Origin: Phoronis australis
Lineage: Eukaryota; Animalia; Phoronida
Reading direction: 5' to 3'
DNA length: 64,000 nt
Assembly (NCBI GenBank): GCA_002633005.1
Contig: NMRA01000305.1
Coordinates: 1-64,000 of the forward strand
Positions 25,301 through 36,813 of the stretch are shown piece after piece. Numbering within the stretch: position 1 is the first letter of the stretch; every line of letters begins with the position of its first letter. The position numbers and the translations under genes were made by a program. The notes under the pieces are model-generated. The model was not told the DNA's origin, did no database searches, and worked only from the letters and a program-made list of their open reading frames with translations.

Positions 25301-28300
25301 ATACAGAAGGAAACTGTAACCGAATGTCATTGCTCACACAAGATCAAAGTAACTGTAACCCATGATACTATCACCGACTGCGATTACCGAGCGGTAAAAA
25401 AGTAAACCTCGTCCTGAATACGATGTTATTTAATTTTGGATGATATTCCACGGTCATTACCGTTAAATAATGCACGCTACTCTTCTCAGGGGTTATTGAC
25501 TCGATGACTATGGAGAAAATGAGCATGCCGCGTTGTGGCCTGGCCGACATAACTGGCATGGGGAATACAATGTACACGAGGCGGAGAAGGCGACGATACA
25601 CTTTGCAAGGTAAGCCAAGGCTATATTCTGTAAAACGCCAGAATATCGCCAAAAATGCAAGACCACGCGAGACTTGGTGAGATATCGCCACATATTACCA
25701 AAGACTTGGTCTCTGACATTACAAGGGGTGCACGTGATCACACTTGGCGTTTAAGTTTTTCACGAGTGCCGTCCGTCTACGGAACGCAGCTCAGAACCAA
25801 GAGGCATGAGCGGCACTGAAATAAATGGGAGGCTATACCCCCCCAAGCGCCACCAACGGGAGATCGTGTCCTGCAAACACTAGTGACGTAAAATTCATCA
25901 TCGTACCTCAGTTCTATAATGTGAACGTTTTTTCATTTGTTCCACGATCCGTCCTTAGTCGAAATCGACAAGATTTTGTCTTGCATTTGAGGGTTGATAA
26001 TCAAAAAGCTTTGTGGAATAACTATTGCAACTTGGTTACCATGTGACAAATGTTATTGATTTAATTTCATGTATGCTAATGAACTACCTGTGTTCGCTTA
26101 AGACATTCTCCGATTGGTCAAATGACTAAGCTTTTCCGCAACATAACACAAACACTAAATACTAGTCGAAAGAACACTTTAGCCTATCAAAGTACACGGC
26201 TATAGGGCTGGCCAACACAGTGTCGAACGCAAAAACACGACTCGCGTACCTTCAAACACCGTTCACCGACTCAAATAGACGGGATCGGACTCACAAAGTA
26301 CGATTCATACACCCAGAAAAAAAAACGACCACGGACTCGCATTCTCTTAGAAACACGACACACGGACCGCCAAACACGGTTCACTCCGATAAAGCATGCC
26401 GTATACACGGTCACGGACTCATCGGCTTCCAAGGTAAGTAGCGCGAAATGAGTGAAAATGTGACGAGTCTAGGTATTCTTTTCTAAGGTACGTTTAACCT
26501 GGCTGGTGGAACGTTGAGGTCTTGAAAAACGCCTTATTGGAGCAGATCCGAATGGAGAAATTGGCGAAACAGTGGATCTTTTTACGGAGTTCGAACGATC
26601 CATTTCATGTACTTGTAGAAGAAAGCAAAATAAGGGAAGACGTGACTCTCAATGCCAATATTGAGAATTGTTGATATGAAAATATTTTGGACGCCAATAA
26701 ATAGTAGAACAAATGTGCAGTTTAAATAGTGTTTATTGTTAATCTAATTCACAACAATTACATCACATTACAGACAAACGTATGATCAAAATTATATTTA
26801 ACCTCGAACCTATTATACAACTGTCTAAGCTGATTTCTATACTGTATCCATGAACCGAGTTTAGCGGTCCCTGTGTCGTGTTTCTAAGGGCATGTGAGTC
26901 CTTCTTTTTTGGGGGTGAATGACTCTGTTATGTGAATACGATCCCGTGTATTTTGTAATGTGAGCAGTGTTTGCAAGTATGTGAGTTGTGTTTTTGCGTC
27001 CGACACGGTGTTTTGCAGTCACTTAGCCGTGTAGTTTTTAGGTTCCTTGACTAGTATGTTCTCACTGTGTTTGCTCGTAACAACTTCAATAGTGTCACAC
27101 ATTCATTCTTACCCCGAATGTTTTGCTCATAGGTAGTAAATGGCCAAAGACAGATCTGACGTACAAAATCACGCGCACAACTGCAGACTTTCGAAACCCA
27201 GCAGACGTCGTGAAGGAGATAGAAAGGGGCTTCAAAGTACGTTGCTTTTAAAGACACCATAGTTGAAACCTTCATACCCTATATGGGAGTATTGTATTTA
27301 TGCTCATACGCACACATGTATATTCCATAAAATTGCTCAGGTGTTTAGCATGTTGTGCATGCGCCTATGCGCCACTTACAGAAACAGGCGATGATTCGCA
27401 TACAATAAGCGCATGGGCAAAAGCGCGCATATGCTGTAAACAGAATTTTAACGCTGTCCAATTAAGAGATACATTCACCGGATCGGACTTTACCAGAAAA
27501 GGTCAAGTAGCAAATGAACAACTTGTGGCTTAATATTCCATAGTTACAGTAATTATGGAATAACTGCTTAAATGAGAAAAAATACATTTGTTCTATTGGA
27601 ATGATCTCCCCTTTGTCTACATAATGTGATCATTACTTGGTTTCTTTGTTCTTCATTAATGGCGTACTTGTGGTTTGAATATGTAGAATCCAACGCATAC
27701 TATCGGAAATCTTCACACGCGCAACTGAGTGCACAGATGGCGCTGAAGTCAAATAAAGTCTCATGCACGCCGCGCGCGCGCGCGCACGAGAGCGCTTCAG
27801 CAGCAGGTGGTCTCAGCAGTAAGTCACTTCATCAAGTCATTAGAAGTTTGTTCTGAAGCTCAGCACGCTTAAATCTGGTACCCACGATAGATTCTACTCC
27901 TGCTGCGGGTAAGAGTAAGAGTGAAGTCAGGGGTTGTCAAAACCCGTTAGGGCAAAATGTAAACTTACTGCCGTGATGATCGGTTAGCAATAAATTGGCC
28001 ACGTATTGAAGACAAAATATTTTGCGACCATGTTGTAACAGAGCAGTACTTGCAATGGCCGACTTCATAAACAGTCCGGAACACTCTGTATATCCAATAG
28101 GGTCTACCGAGTCCGTTCATTGTTCAGTCTTTTTTCAAACGAATGGCGATTTTGTCATCTCTCGAGACCTTGCTTGTCATGGCAAGCCAACTTGTACAGA
28201 CTAATTGTAAGCAATAATAAACTGGAAAAACGAAATGACCGAGGTCTTCATTTTTTACGTTGACTAGGTTTTAGTCTAAATAGGTCTTGCTATTAATTTT

Positions 28301-31300
28301 CCAGATGCTCAATTGTATCTAATAAAATACGGACAGGTTTATCAGGTTTCGCGCGAAATTTGTCTCGTGTATGGCAGTCGCGAGTTACCCCGCGCCATAC
28401 TTGGAAAATCTCATTTTTGAGAAAAAACAAATCAAACTGTGACTGTAAACAGCAAGGCATCATTTTCGTGCTCACATCCGGGTTTTGTGTTCACAAAGGC
28501 TTTGAAAAATATACGATTTCATGGGTTCACGAGTTGTTTTTAAAAATTTTAAAGAATTCTAACCCTCGGTATCCATTTACCTTTGTCATTATACAATAAA
28601 CATTTAGTGATAACAGCGGAGAGTTAAGCAACCCTAGGACCTCGCTAAAAAGCAAGACTTCGCGAGATTACGTGAGATATTGCCGCGTATTTTAAATGAG
28701 AACACGTGATTTTGGTTAGATTTTTGCGAGGTCCTACGCAGTGTAGACGTATATTAACTCCCTGTGTTCCTGTAGTCATGAATTTTGATAGTGACAAGAT
28801 GCACTATATTTCCTTCAAGCTTTTTCATATGGTGAAATTAAAAATAATCTATACCAGATATGGGCCCGGAATCTAATTTTTGTACTCTAAATGAACTCGA
28901 AATTATGTTTTGGCAATTTCTCTGCTACTTCTGTGTGAACTCAAGATAAGCGGTTATTAAACCATGCTCGAATACATTATAATTCATGCATATGAATTTT
29001 TAGTCCAAGTTTGCACTTGATGACCCTTATATTCGTGCTAAAAACTAGTTAAAACTTGAAATTTCGATTTCAAACTGGAACTTTTAGTCTTAATGTTGGA
29101 TTTATCTACAGCAAGCTAGGACTAAAAATTACCCAAGTAAGTCATTATGTACTCGAGCATAGAGTAATAGAGCTGACACTTATCTTGAGTTCGCACAAAA
29201 GTAGAGCAGGAAATGACAACATAATTTCGAGTTCCATTTCGAGTAAAAATATTAGAGACTAGGCCATGGTTTGTGGTTGTTATGTACACTCGTTAAATTT
29301 GTTTAATTTAAAATCTGCAAGCAAACCTCATCGCACATTAAAAAGTAACAAAATTGGGTTAGACCAAGTTATAACGCACGAGTTCTTATCTGAAAGTCAC
29401 TTGTTGCAAACATAGAGTGCTTTAACTGAAAGAAAACATCGGTACTATTATATGTATTACATATCTTTTCCTAGGTATGGAGTGACGTCACACCTCTCAC
29501 ATTCAAGCGGTCCACGGCATCTCAGGTTGACATTGAGATACAGTTTGCTGCTGGTGAACACGGCGACGGAAACCCGTTCGACGGCAGAGGGCGTGTGTTG
29601 GCACACGCTTACTTTCCGCAATTTGGTGGTGACAGTCATTTTGATGAAGACGAGCAATGGACGCAAGGAACTAACTCCGGTTTGTGTTTTACGATCTCAG
29701 CTAACTTGTAAGGAGACACAGTTTTGAGCTGGGTCGCCTACTAAGTCCGAATGAAGACTTGCTCTTCTTTCAACGAATTCGAACATTTAGACTTTCTTGC
29801 TTATTTGTCTTGTGTGTCAAATGTATTTTTCAAAAAATTGCTGAAAACGGTGGCATTGGTTAACCGCTGTCTCGCGCATGTCTTTGGTCACATAAACCTT
29901 CCGACACCGATACGACGAGTTTGCAGCCCGGTCATGTCATGTCGAGATTCGCCGTCAAACTCATTGCCCCACCTTTACCAGTGATCTAGAACTCATTCAG
30001 TGGGGAATCGGACAGGCCATCGCTCGAAATGTGACCAAGGCCGTAATACTCGTTGGCTTTTAATGTTGGCTTTAAAGAGGCAGTACCTTAGTGCTCCTGG
30101 TACAGTCAGGTGTTTACTGTTGTTATACCCTGCTTCAGGAACCAACTTGTTTCAAGTGGCTGCCCACGAATTTGGTCACGCTCTCGGTCTCTCACACTCG
30201 GATAACTCAAAAGCTCTCATGGCCCCTTTTTATGCGGGCTACCAGCCAGACTTTAAACTGCACGAAGACGACGTTGCTGGTATTCAGCGCATTTACGGTA
30301 AGATACCTTCATTCCGTCATAATTTCTAGGATTACTGTGGTCTGTTTTAGAGAGGGCATGGGATGGATATTTGTTGTGACTTGTTCCAATCAACTATCGT
30401 TATTTCTTAGGATTGATGAATGCAAATTGCCACTAACTTCAATTTCAATATTTATATTCATATTTTTCATTTTTGCCACCTGTGTAACTAGGCAAATGTT
30501 TTTAAAACTACAAACACGAGTGTTCTGAGTAATGAATGATTAGGTCGGAAACGGTGAGTATATTTGGCAATTCCCTTTTAATATAACCTTGACTGATGTA
30601 GTGAACGCATCCCATAGTGATTAAAACTAGGCGAATTCCTCAACCGACCATTGGGGAAAGTCAGTTCTTTAGGCAAGTGGCAGTTTTATAATGAACTTAG
30701 ATCTATGACAGTATGACTAATTATCGGCGGTGTTTTGCAGCATAACCTAATACATGTAGTACGCTAATCCTACGAAATGACATATAGCTTACCTAAAAAG
30801 TTGTTCTGCCGTGCGATATGATACTGTAGTGAAATGTCTGCTGATGTTTAACAAAATAATTTCAGGGATCAAACCTGACACAAAAACGACGACGCCCGAC
30901 CCCCCTCCGCCTCCCCCTCCAACTATGAAGCCAGACCCAGGCGGTGACCCCTGTATGGATGGGAAGATTGACGCCATTGTTACCACCTCTGACGGCATGA
31001 CGTATGCATTTAGAGGTATAGCACGATAACCCTCCAGTAGTCTTATATAATTATGCGCCCACATATTTATATGTGGGCGCATATTGCCGTCATCGCTGTC
31101 TGTCCGGCATCCAGCGTCCGCAGCTGTATCTCCTAAACCCCTCACATGATCTTGAGATTTGGCAGATGTGTTCCTATAAACCTGACGACGGATCATATGA
31201 CGACGAATTTCGGACGGACCGACTACTGGTGTGCCCCCTAGTGACAATTTTAGTTTTTTACGTTTACATCTTTATCTTCAAATGTCCTCAACGGATTTTC

Positions 31301-34300
31301 ATGAAACTTGGCACATAGACATCTACTAATGAGATCGCCCTATCCAAGCGTTTTCGGATTCATTCTATGTATTTTGCACCACCTAGAGGCCATTTTTACT
31401 ATTTTTGAGTCTTGTTTTTGGCGTCCGCCAGTCTATCAACCAAACCGCTCTACGGATGATTGTGAAAATTGGCACGTATGTTCTTACTATGAAGAAGAAA
31501 GCTGAGGACGAATTTTCCGACGTCTTCGACTACTGTGGCGACTCCTAATGTCACTTTTGTTTATTTTTTTCTGCGCCCATGGTTGCATCTCCTAAACCGT
31601 TTCTTGCATGATCTTTAATGAATTTAGCAAGTGTATTTATATGATGTTAACAACGGACGACGACCACTTTCGGATGGATCTGACTACCGGTGCGCCCCCT
31701 AGTGGCAATTTTAATTTTTACGTTTACTTCTGTATCTTGGAAGGTCCTCAACGGATTTTCATAAAATTTAGAATATATTTATTGGTGAGATGACGCTATC
31801 CTCCTGATTTCCGATGGAATCCAGGTATTTTGCGCCACTGGGTGGCCATTTTTGCTTGTTTTCGAGTCTGTTTTTCGGCATCCACCCTCTAAGTATGATT
31901 TTGAAAATTGTATATGTTCTCAGTGTGAAGAGGACAATTGACGATGACGACCTAGACTACTGTGGCGCCTCCTAGTGGTAGGTTTGTTTTGCGCCCATAC
32001 CTGTATCTCCTAAGCGTATTTATATGAAGTTACCAACAGACGAGGACGACTTTCAGGCGGATCCAACGAACACTGTATCCCCTAGTGACAATTTCATTGT
32101 ATTCCGTTTTCGTTTTTTCCCTGAAGTTCTTTGGCAGATTTTTATGAAATTTGGTATATAGCCTTCTATCAGGGAAGCGATGGCATGTTTCCGTTTTCGG
32201 ATGGATTGGACGTTTTTGCGCCATCTAGTGGCCATTTCATGATACAAATAAACAACCCTAGAAGCATACCGTCTGCGGTGAATTCGTGGGCGCATTTCAA
32301 CGCGCGTAGCTCTGGCATTTACAGATGTTAGGGTCGTCATTTTATAACCAACGGATTACAAATTTCATGTAAAACGTTTTTGCACCACCGGGTGGACATT
32401 TTCATTATGTTTGTTCGCGTTTTGGCGCCAAGAAGTCGCTCAAAGGAGCATCATGAAATTTCACATGGCCCACATTAATTTTCGGGCTGTTTTAATGTAA
32501 CGCCTACAACAGTTTTAGTTGTCTTTTCATCAGATCTGACTACTGTGGTGCGCCCTAGTGACGAATTGCCCTAGCAATCATGTGTATGGTTTTATGTACC
32601 AAATTTGTCTATAGGATCTTCATAAAATTTGTCCAATGTGTTCCTAACGAGGAGAGCCGCTCCAACTTGTGTCGAATTTTATGTGAATCCAACTGCGGTT
32701 GAACTATTTTAAGAATTGAGCACTCCTTATTTATCTACCGTGCACGGTGCAAGGTTGGTTTTAACGTGTTTGCAACGTCGTTGTATTTCAAGTGGGAGGC
32801 CAAACAAATCTGTAGCTGGGAACTAAAATGAAACATATTTTATTCAGTTTAACACTATGAAAAACCACCAGTTGTGGAAAACTGGAAGTTTAAAAGTGTC
32901 TTATGTCTAAACATGCTTCTGAGTAAAGCAAAATCGAAACGGAACAAAGCTCTGCCTTGACATGCAAGTGTCCCAAAATAATAGCCACTCTAGTTGTTAA
33001 ACTGACGATCAACCCTTCTCTGCATCTCTTTGCAGGTAAACATTTCTATTACCTTGATCCAAAGAAAAATTACTACTTCAGCAAACCGATGATGATTAGC
33101 CAGGGCTGGCCAGGGCTCGACGCTGTCAACATAGACGCTGCTTACACTAATAACAGAAACAAAAGGACTTACTTCTTTAAGGTGTGTTCCAGCAAAAAAA
33201 GCGAAGTGGGCCATTAGAATATTCACCAGGTCATGCGCGCACCCAGGGGGGGGGGGGGGNNNNNCCCCCATTTGGCGAAGTGGTCAAAAGGGTCCGTCTC
33301 TGAGGAACAAAAAGTCCGAGAAAATGAGACAAAACTCCCCTAAACGCGCAATTCAGTGGTGCTTCCGTTTTTTTGTTTTTTTTTTATTAGTCCGCCCGCG
33401 TTTTTGTTACCAAAAGGTCTACAACGGGGCAAGAATTCGAGCCACCCCATATTGAAGGCTGGGTGCGCGCATGCAGGTGACGCTAGTGTGACAGCGCTCT
33501 TATCACCGGTGGAAAGGAAATCGATAATTCTATCCCATAGTTCAACCCTCTATGATGAGAAACCGGGGTTGCGTTCCGTAGACCGAAGATTTACGGGATC
33601 TCGCTTATGGCGCAAGAAAATTGGTCCAAGGAACGCAGTCCTACGTTCCGTTTCCAATTCGTTCGTGTGTACAAAGAACGACATTTATTCATTACCACCA
33701 CAAAGCGAATATCAACCTCCCAATTTCCATTGCAAGTGAAAAATAGCATTACATTGACCCGGAATTACATTTGTTTATTTCCTGACGTACATACAGTCTG
33801 AGAATTCCTAACGATTATTTATAGGGTTCCAAGTATTGGCGTTTCAACGCACGACGATCACTCGATGCCGGATACCCCAAAGAAATTAGCAGAGGCTTTC
33901 GCTCGTTGCCAAATGACATCGACGCCGCGTTCCAATGGACAGGAAATGATAAACTGTATTTCATCAAAGGTGAGGACTCTAGGTGTTAAAGAATGTGTTT
34001 CACTAGATAGCAAACTGCGCTCTCGTCTTATTTTGTGAACTGACCGAAATAGCGCAATTACATGCAGTGGGTTTGGCGTGCGCCATTTAAGTCACAAGAG
34101 CGTAATAGCCTTGGTTACTTTTACATGCACGACACCTACAGGTCTGTTTCACTGACCTTTATATCTGACTTGTTCAGTCGGATTCGCGTGGTTGTAGAGT
34201 CCCTGAAGAACGTCTAGTCGACCACCTGCCCGATAAGAAATGTAAGCTTACAAAAAAATGCGATATCTCACATGTCTTCCTGCGCTAGCTGTTAAAGCAA

Positions 34301-35892
34301 AAGCGTTTTTTTGTGCTTGGAAAATCGCAGAATTTCTCGCGTAAATGCCGAAGACGATTCTTGGCTCACCAAGACGCGCGAGTCTCACCAGCCTAAGGAT
34401 TAATCCTCAATTGCCGTCCAGAAGACTGTGACGTCACGAGTCCAAACGTTGTCAGGCAGTTGCTGGGCGGTCCAACCCAAAGAAAGCGTCGGGGGAGACA
34501 TCGGTGTAGAAATGAGACTGGGCCGCAAGTTTATAAGACGACCGCCTCCTCTTGCTAAAACTACAATGTAAAATTTTGCAGGTCAACAATACTGGCGCTA
34601 TAGCGGCTCAAACATGGACGGAAACTATCCACGACCTCTTCGGATTTGGCGCAACCTGCCAGCAGAGGGAATAGACGCTGCCTTTAACTGGCCAACTTCT
34701 AAACGAACGTACTTTTTTAAGAATGGAAAGTATTACAGATTCAATGACCGCAGATTTAGGGTAAGTTCCGTCCTGAATCTTAGGCCTCACCAAAAATTAA
34801 AGTACAAAAATTCAATCAAAAATATGTATTACAAAAAAGTCTATATCATGCTCTAGCTTCGGCATATCTTTTTGACAAAAGTTTCTAACGAACGGAATCA
34901 TGACGTCCTTGGGCCAATGTCTACTCATGCGTTCAGTTGCCAATTGACAGAATTCACACGACAAACTACGAAAGGCCGACTTTGAAGCAGTATAGAGTCC
35001 ACATACTGAGTATCGAGTGTTCAACGAAACTTAAGCAAGATAGGCAAGAAAGTTTCGTGCGCATTACAGCGTTCTCCCGTCGACTCCCAACTTGTTCGAT
35101 CGGATGGCAAACGAACAAGATGGGCGATTGACCGCCTGGTTAACTCCAAGTACAGTGTATTTATTGCTGGAGGACCAGCTCTCTTTTCTTCGATAATTGC
35201 TAAAGGAGCGAGATGTTATCACACGTTCACAACCGCTCTTAGTCTGGTTAAGTCATTGAACTGGAGAACGTCCTAATGGCGCAATCGTGGGTGTTTTTCA
35301 ACGTTTCCCGTTGCTCTTGTTTCCACGGTAAGGTCTTAAATGACCAATTTAGTTGTTCTCTAGTTCTTCGCACGAATTCGTCTTAAAACAATTCTATATG
35401 TTACATATTCCCGATTTTCCCACGGTCCTTTTGCGGTGGTCCATGAGCTGTGGCGGATTTAGAGGAGAGCCAAGGAGGCCATGCCCCACTAAAATTCTCC
35501 CAGATTTCATTTGGCAATTCGGGGGTGCGAATGTCTGACTGACAAAATCCTGGCTAATACTCTGCTCCGTCTAACCCCACCAACTCAAAATCCTGGATCC
35601 GCCCATGATGAGCGTACAATGCTACATACCTAAACGCCCTTTCTCATCTCCGCAGGTGGATGCCGGTTACCCCAAAGACACGGCTCAATGGTGGTTTGAA
35701 TGCAAGAAAGGAGAAAAGATCGTGGACGCCCCAGACGACGGTGAAATGTCGAACATGGACGGGGATGACTTCGTTTTGGCAGGTGTCACTGCTGAAACGA
35801 CAACGAAGGTCACAAGCGCAGCTCCTGTCGTAAAGGGAGGGGCTCTTTTTGCTTTTGTCTGTTTTGTAAAGTACATTTCAATCAACATGTAA
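22206..35892 (+). CDS. MMP: Matrix metalloproteinase (M10A), furin-activated, hemopexin domain, probable GPI anchor; 11 exons, 554 aa
   Basis: join(22206-22301,24344-24467,25490-25609,27133-27236,29475-29679,30139-30297,30866-31015,33036-33181,33825-33969,34582-34760,35656-35892). All introns are GT-AG and phase-consistent, 1665 nt in total. Signal peptide, [46 protein letters not shown] Met-turn, Pro-rich hinge, IDAA hemopexin blades. Confidence 0.95.
24344..24467 (+). CDS. MMP: MMP exon 2 (prodomain)
   Basis: ttgcag|SYLMQYNYL...[15 protein letters not shown]|gtaagg. Confidence 0.92.
25490..25609 (+). CDS. MMP: MMP exon 3 (cysteine switch, furin site)
   Basis: ctcag|[41 protein letters not shown]|gtaagc. 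Confidence 0.94.
26193..27033. mobile_element. Non-autonomous DNA transposon with ~190-bp diverged TIRs (MMP intron 3)
   Basis: TACACGGCTA...gtgtcgaacgcaaaaacac...ttagaaacacgacac is mirrored by gtgtcgtgtttctaag...gtgtttttgcgtccgacac...TAGCCGTGTA. Confidence 0.75.
27133..27236 (+). CDS. MMP: MMP exon 4 (start of catalytic domain)
   Basis: catag|[35 protein letters not shown]|gtacgt. Confidence 0.92.
28618..28762 (+). repeat. Dispersed ~130-bp palindromic MITE family, copy 3
   Basis: ctaggacctcgctaaaaagcaagacttcgcgagattacgtgagatattgcc...aggtccta; ends ggagagttaa / ttaactcc. Confidence 0.75.
28860..29265. mobile_element. ~400-bp MITE with long TIRs; inverted second copy at ~57270-57640
   Basis: Internal inverted arms 'tgtgtgaactcaagataag' / 'cttatcttgagttcgcaca'. 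The reverse complement matches 57270-57640 (tctctaattttt..actcgaa, tgcgaactcaagataagtgtc, atgctcgag, taagactaaag). Confidence 0.7.
29475..29679 (+). CDS. MMP: MMP exon 5 (catalytic, structural Zn/Ca ligands)
   Basis: cctag|[10 protein letters not shown]...[37 protein letters not shown]...|gtttgt. Confidence 0.95.
30139..30297 (+). CDS. MMP: MMP exon 6 (zinc-binding motif, Met-turn)
   Basis: [31 protein letters not shown]...[11 protein letters not shown]|gtaaga. Confidence 0.97.
30866..31015 (+). CDS. MMP: MMP exon 7 (Pro-rich hinge, start of hemopexin)
   Basis: ttcag|[51 protein letters not shown]|gtatag. Confidence 0.92.
31051..32320 (+). mobile_element. Helentron-associated / DINE-1-like non-autonomous element with a tandem-repeat core (MMP intron 7)
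   Basis: 5' TT-ATGCGCCCAC subterminal repeat forming a hairpin with GTGGGCGCAT (31052-31083), a short ctgtctgtccg tract, ~460-bp tandem units (gtatctcctaa at ~31126, ~31585, ~32003) and a 3' GTGGGCGCAT at 32286-32295. More degenerate units continue to ~32650. Confidence 0.65.
33036..33181 (+). CDS. MMP: MMP exon 8 (hemopexin)
   Basis: tgcag|GKHFYYLDP...[29 protein letters not shown]|gtgtgt. Confidence 0.93.
33232..33473. mobile_element. MITE with CATGCGCGCACCCAG TIRs (contains a 5-N gap in a poly-G run)
   Basis: Perfect 15-bp TIRs and a 5-bp flanking duplication CAGGT (33227-33231, 33474-33478). Confidence 0.8.
33825..33969 (+). CDS. MMP: MMP exon 9 (hemopexin)
   Basis: tatag|[49 protein letters not shown]|gtgagg. 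Confidence 0.94.
34582..34760 (+). CDS. MMP: MMP exon 10 (hemopexin)
   Basis: tgcag|[37 protein letters not shown]...[10 protein letters not shown]|gtaagt. Confidence 0.94.
35448..35607. mobile_element. MITE (same family as 1153-1313)
   Basis: CTGTGGCGGATTTAG ... CTGGATCCGCCCATG with a 5-bp flanking duplication ATGAG. Confidence 0.75.
35656..35892 (+). CDS. MMP: MMP exon 11 (end of hemopexin, stalk, hydrophobic C-terminus)
   Basis: cgcag|[16 protein letters not shown]...[27 protein letters not shown]. Confidence 0.92.
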   Translation: MDAGYPKDTAQWWFECKKGEKIVDAPDDGEMSNMDGDDFVLAGVTAETTTKVTSAAPVVKGGALFAFVCFVKYISINM

Positions 35893-36239
35893 ATGTGTGT
35901 ATTCACACATATCAGTGGAACAAAAACTAAGAGCCTTGATGGTAACAGAAAATCATGTAATGATTTTTTAAAGCCACAGACATCGTCAATTTTTTCAAAG
36001 TTGTTTTCGGTGAAGTGACTAACTCTGTAAGTAAGTTGTTAACTATATAATGTGTACATATTAAGGAAAATTAACTGAGGTTTTCAGATAACGAGGTATG
36101 TAGCTTTTTACAGACATTTTTCTTATTTGAACTCTCATTTGACTAATTCACTCTCCACTGTTGTCATTAGGCCTGTCACTAGCATTTTAATGCCTAACTT
36201 CAATTTCATTGGAACTGTTGTTATATAACCACTGTGTTC

Positions 36240-36245
36240 AATAAA
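36240..36245 (+). terminator. Candidate polyadenylation signal of the MMP
   Basis: AATAAA ~350 nt after the MMP stop codon, in AT-rich UTR-like sequence. Confidence 0.5.
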
Positions 36246-36691
36246 TTTTCCACAATTACGAAACATGATTTAACTTTAGAAAAGCCCAAATTTAATGATA
36301 CTATCACGATAAACCTGCGTCAACTTTTGATTTAAACCTCTTGTCACTACAAAAACTGGTCTCAATTATTTAATTACTCACACGAGAAATTGTGTCTGCC
36401 GAGTAACTGAATGAGCGTTCTTATCTTCATACTACAGCGCGTACTGAGCACACACATGTACGGTATGTCTCACCAATTTCGGACAAAAATGCGGTTTTTC
36501 GAAGGCGTCTATCATCGCTACGAATGTCCACAAGTATAATACAGTCCATTGATAACAATGTACAGAGCCTGGACACGGAAAAGTGTGAATTTGGTGCAAC
36601 ATGATTTGTCCTTTCTGGAAAAATTAGAAAACAAGATTTCACTTGTCCGCCATATTGTATCCTAAATTGGCGAACTTTGGTTGCAAAATAA

Positions 36692-36813
36692 TGAGCTCAG
36701 GAACGCTAGGACCTCGCTAAAAAGCGAGACTTCGCGAGACATTGCCGTGTATTTTAAATGGGAATACGTGACTTTGGCTAGATTTTAGCAAGGTTCTAGC
36801 GCTATTGAACTCT
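36692..36813 (+). repeat. Dispersed ~130-bp palindromic MITE family, copy 4
   Basis: gagctcaggaacgctaggacctcgctaaaaagcgagacttcgcgaga...ttctagcgctattgaactc. Confidence 0.75.

Noticed and set aside
30789-31247. 152-aa antisense Gly-rich ORF
   Set aside because: It is the reverse complement of the MMP Pro-rich hinge exon plus repeat sequence.
31051-32650. Regularly spaced repeats as a CRISPR array
   Set aside because: Units are degenerate, the intervening sequences are themselves repeated, the context is a eukaryotic intron and there are no cas genes.
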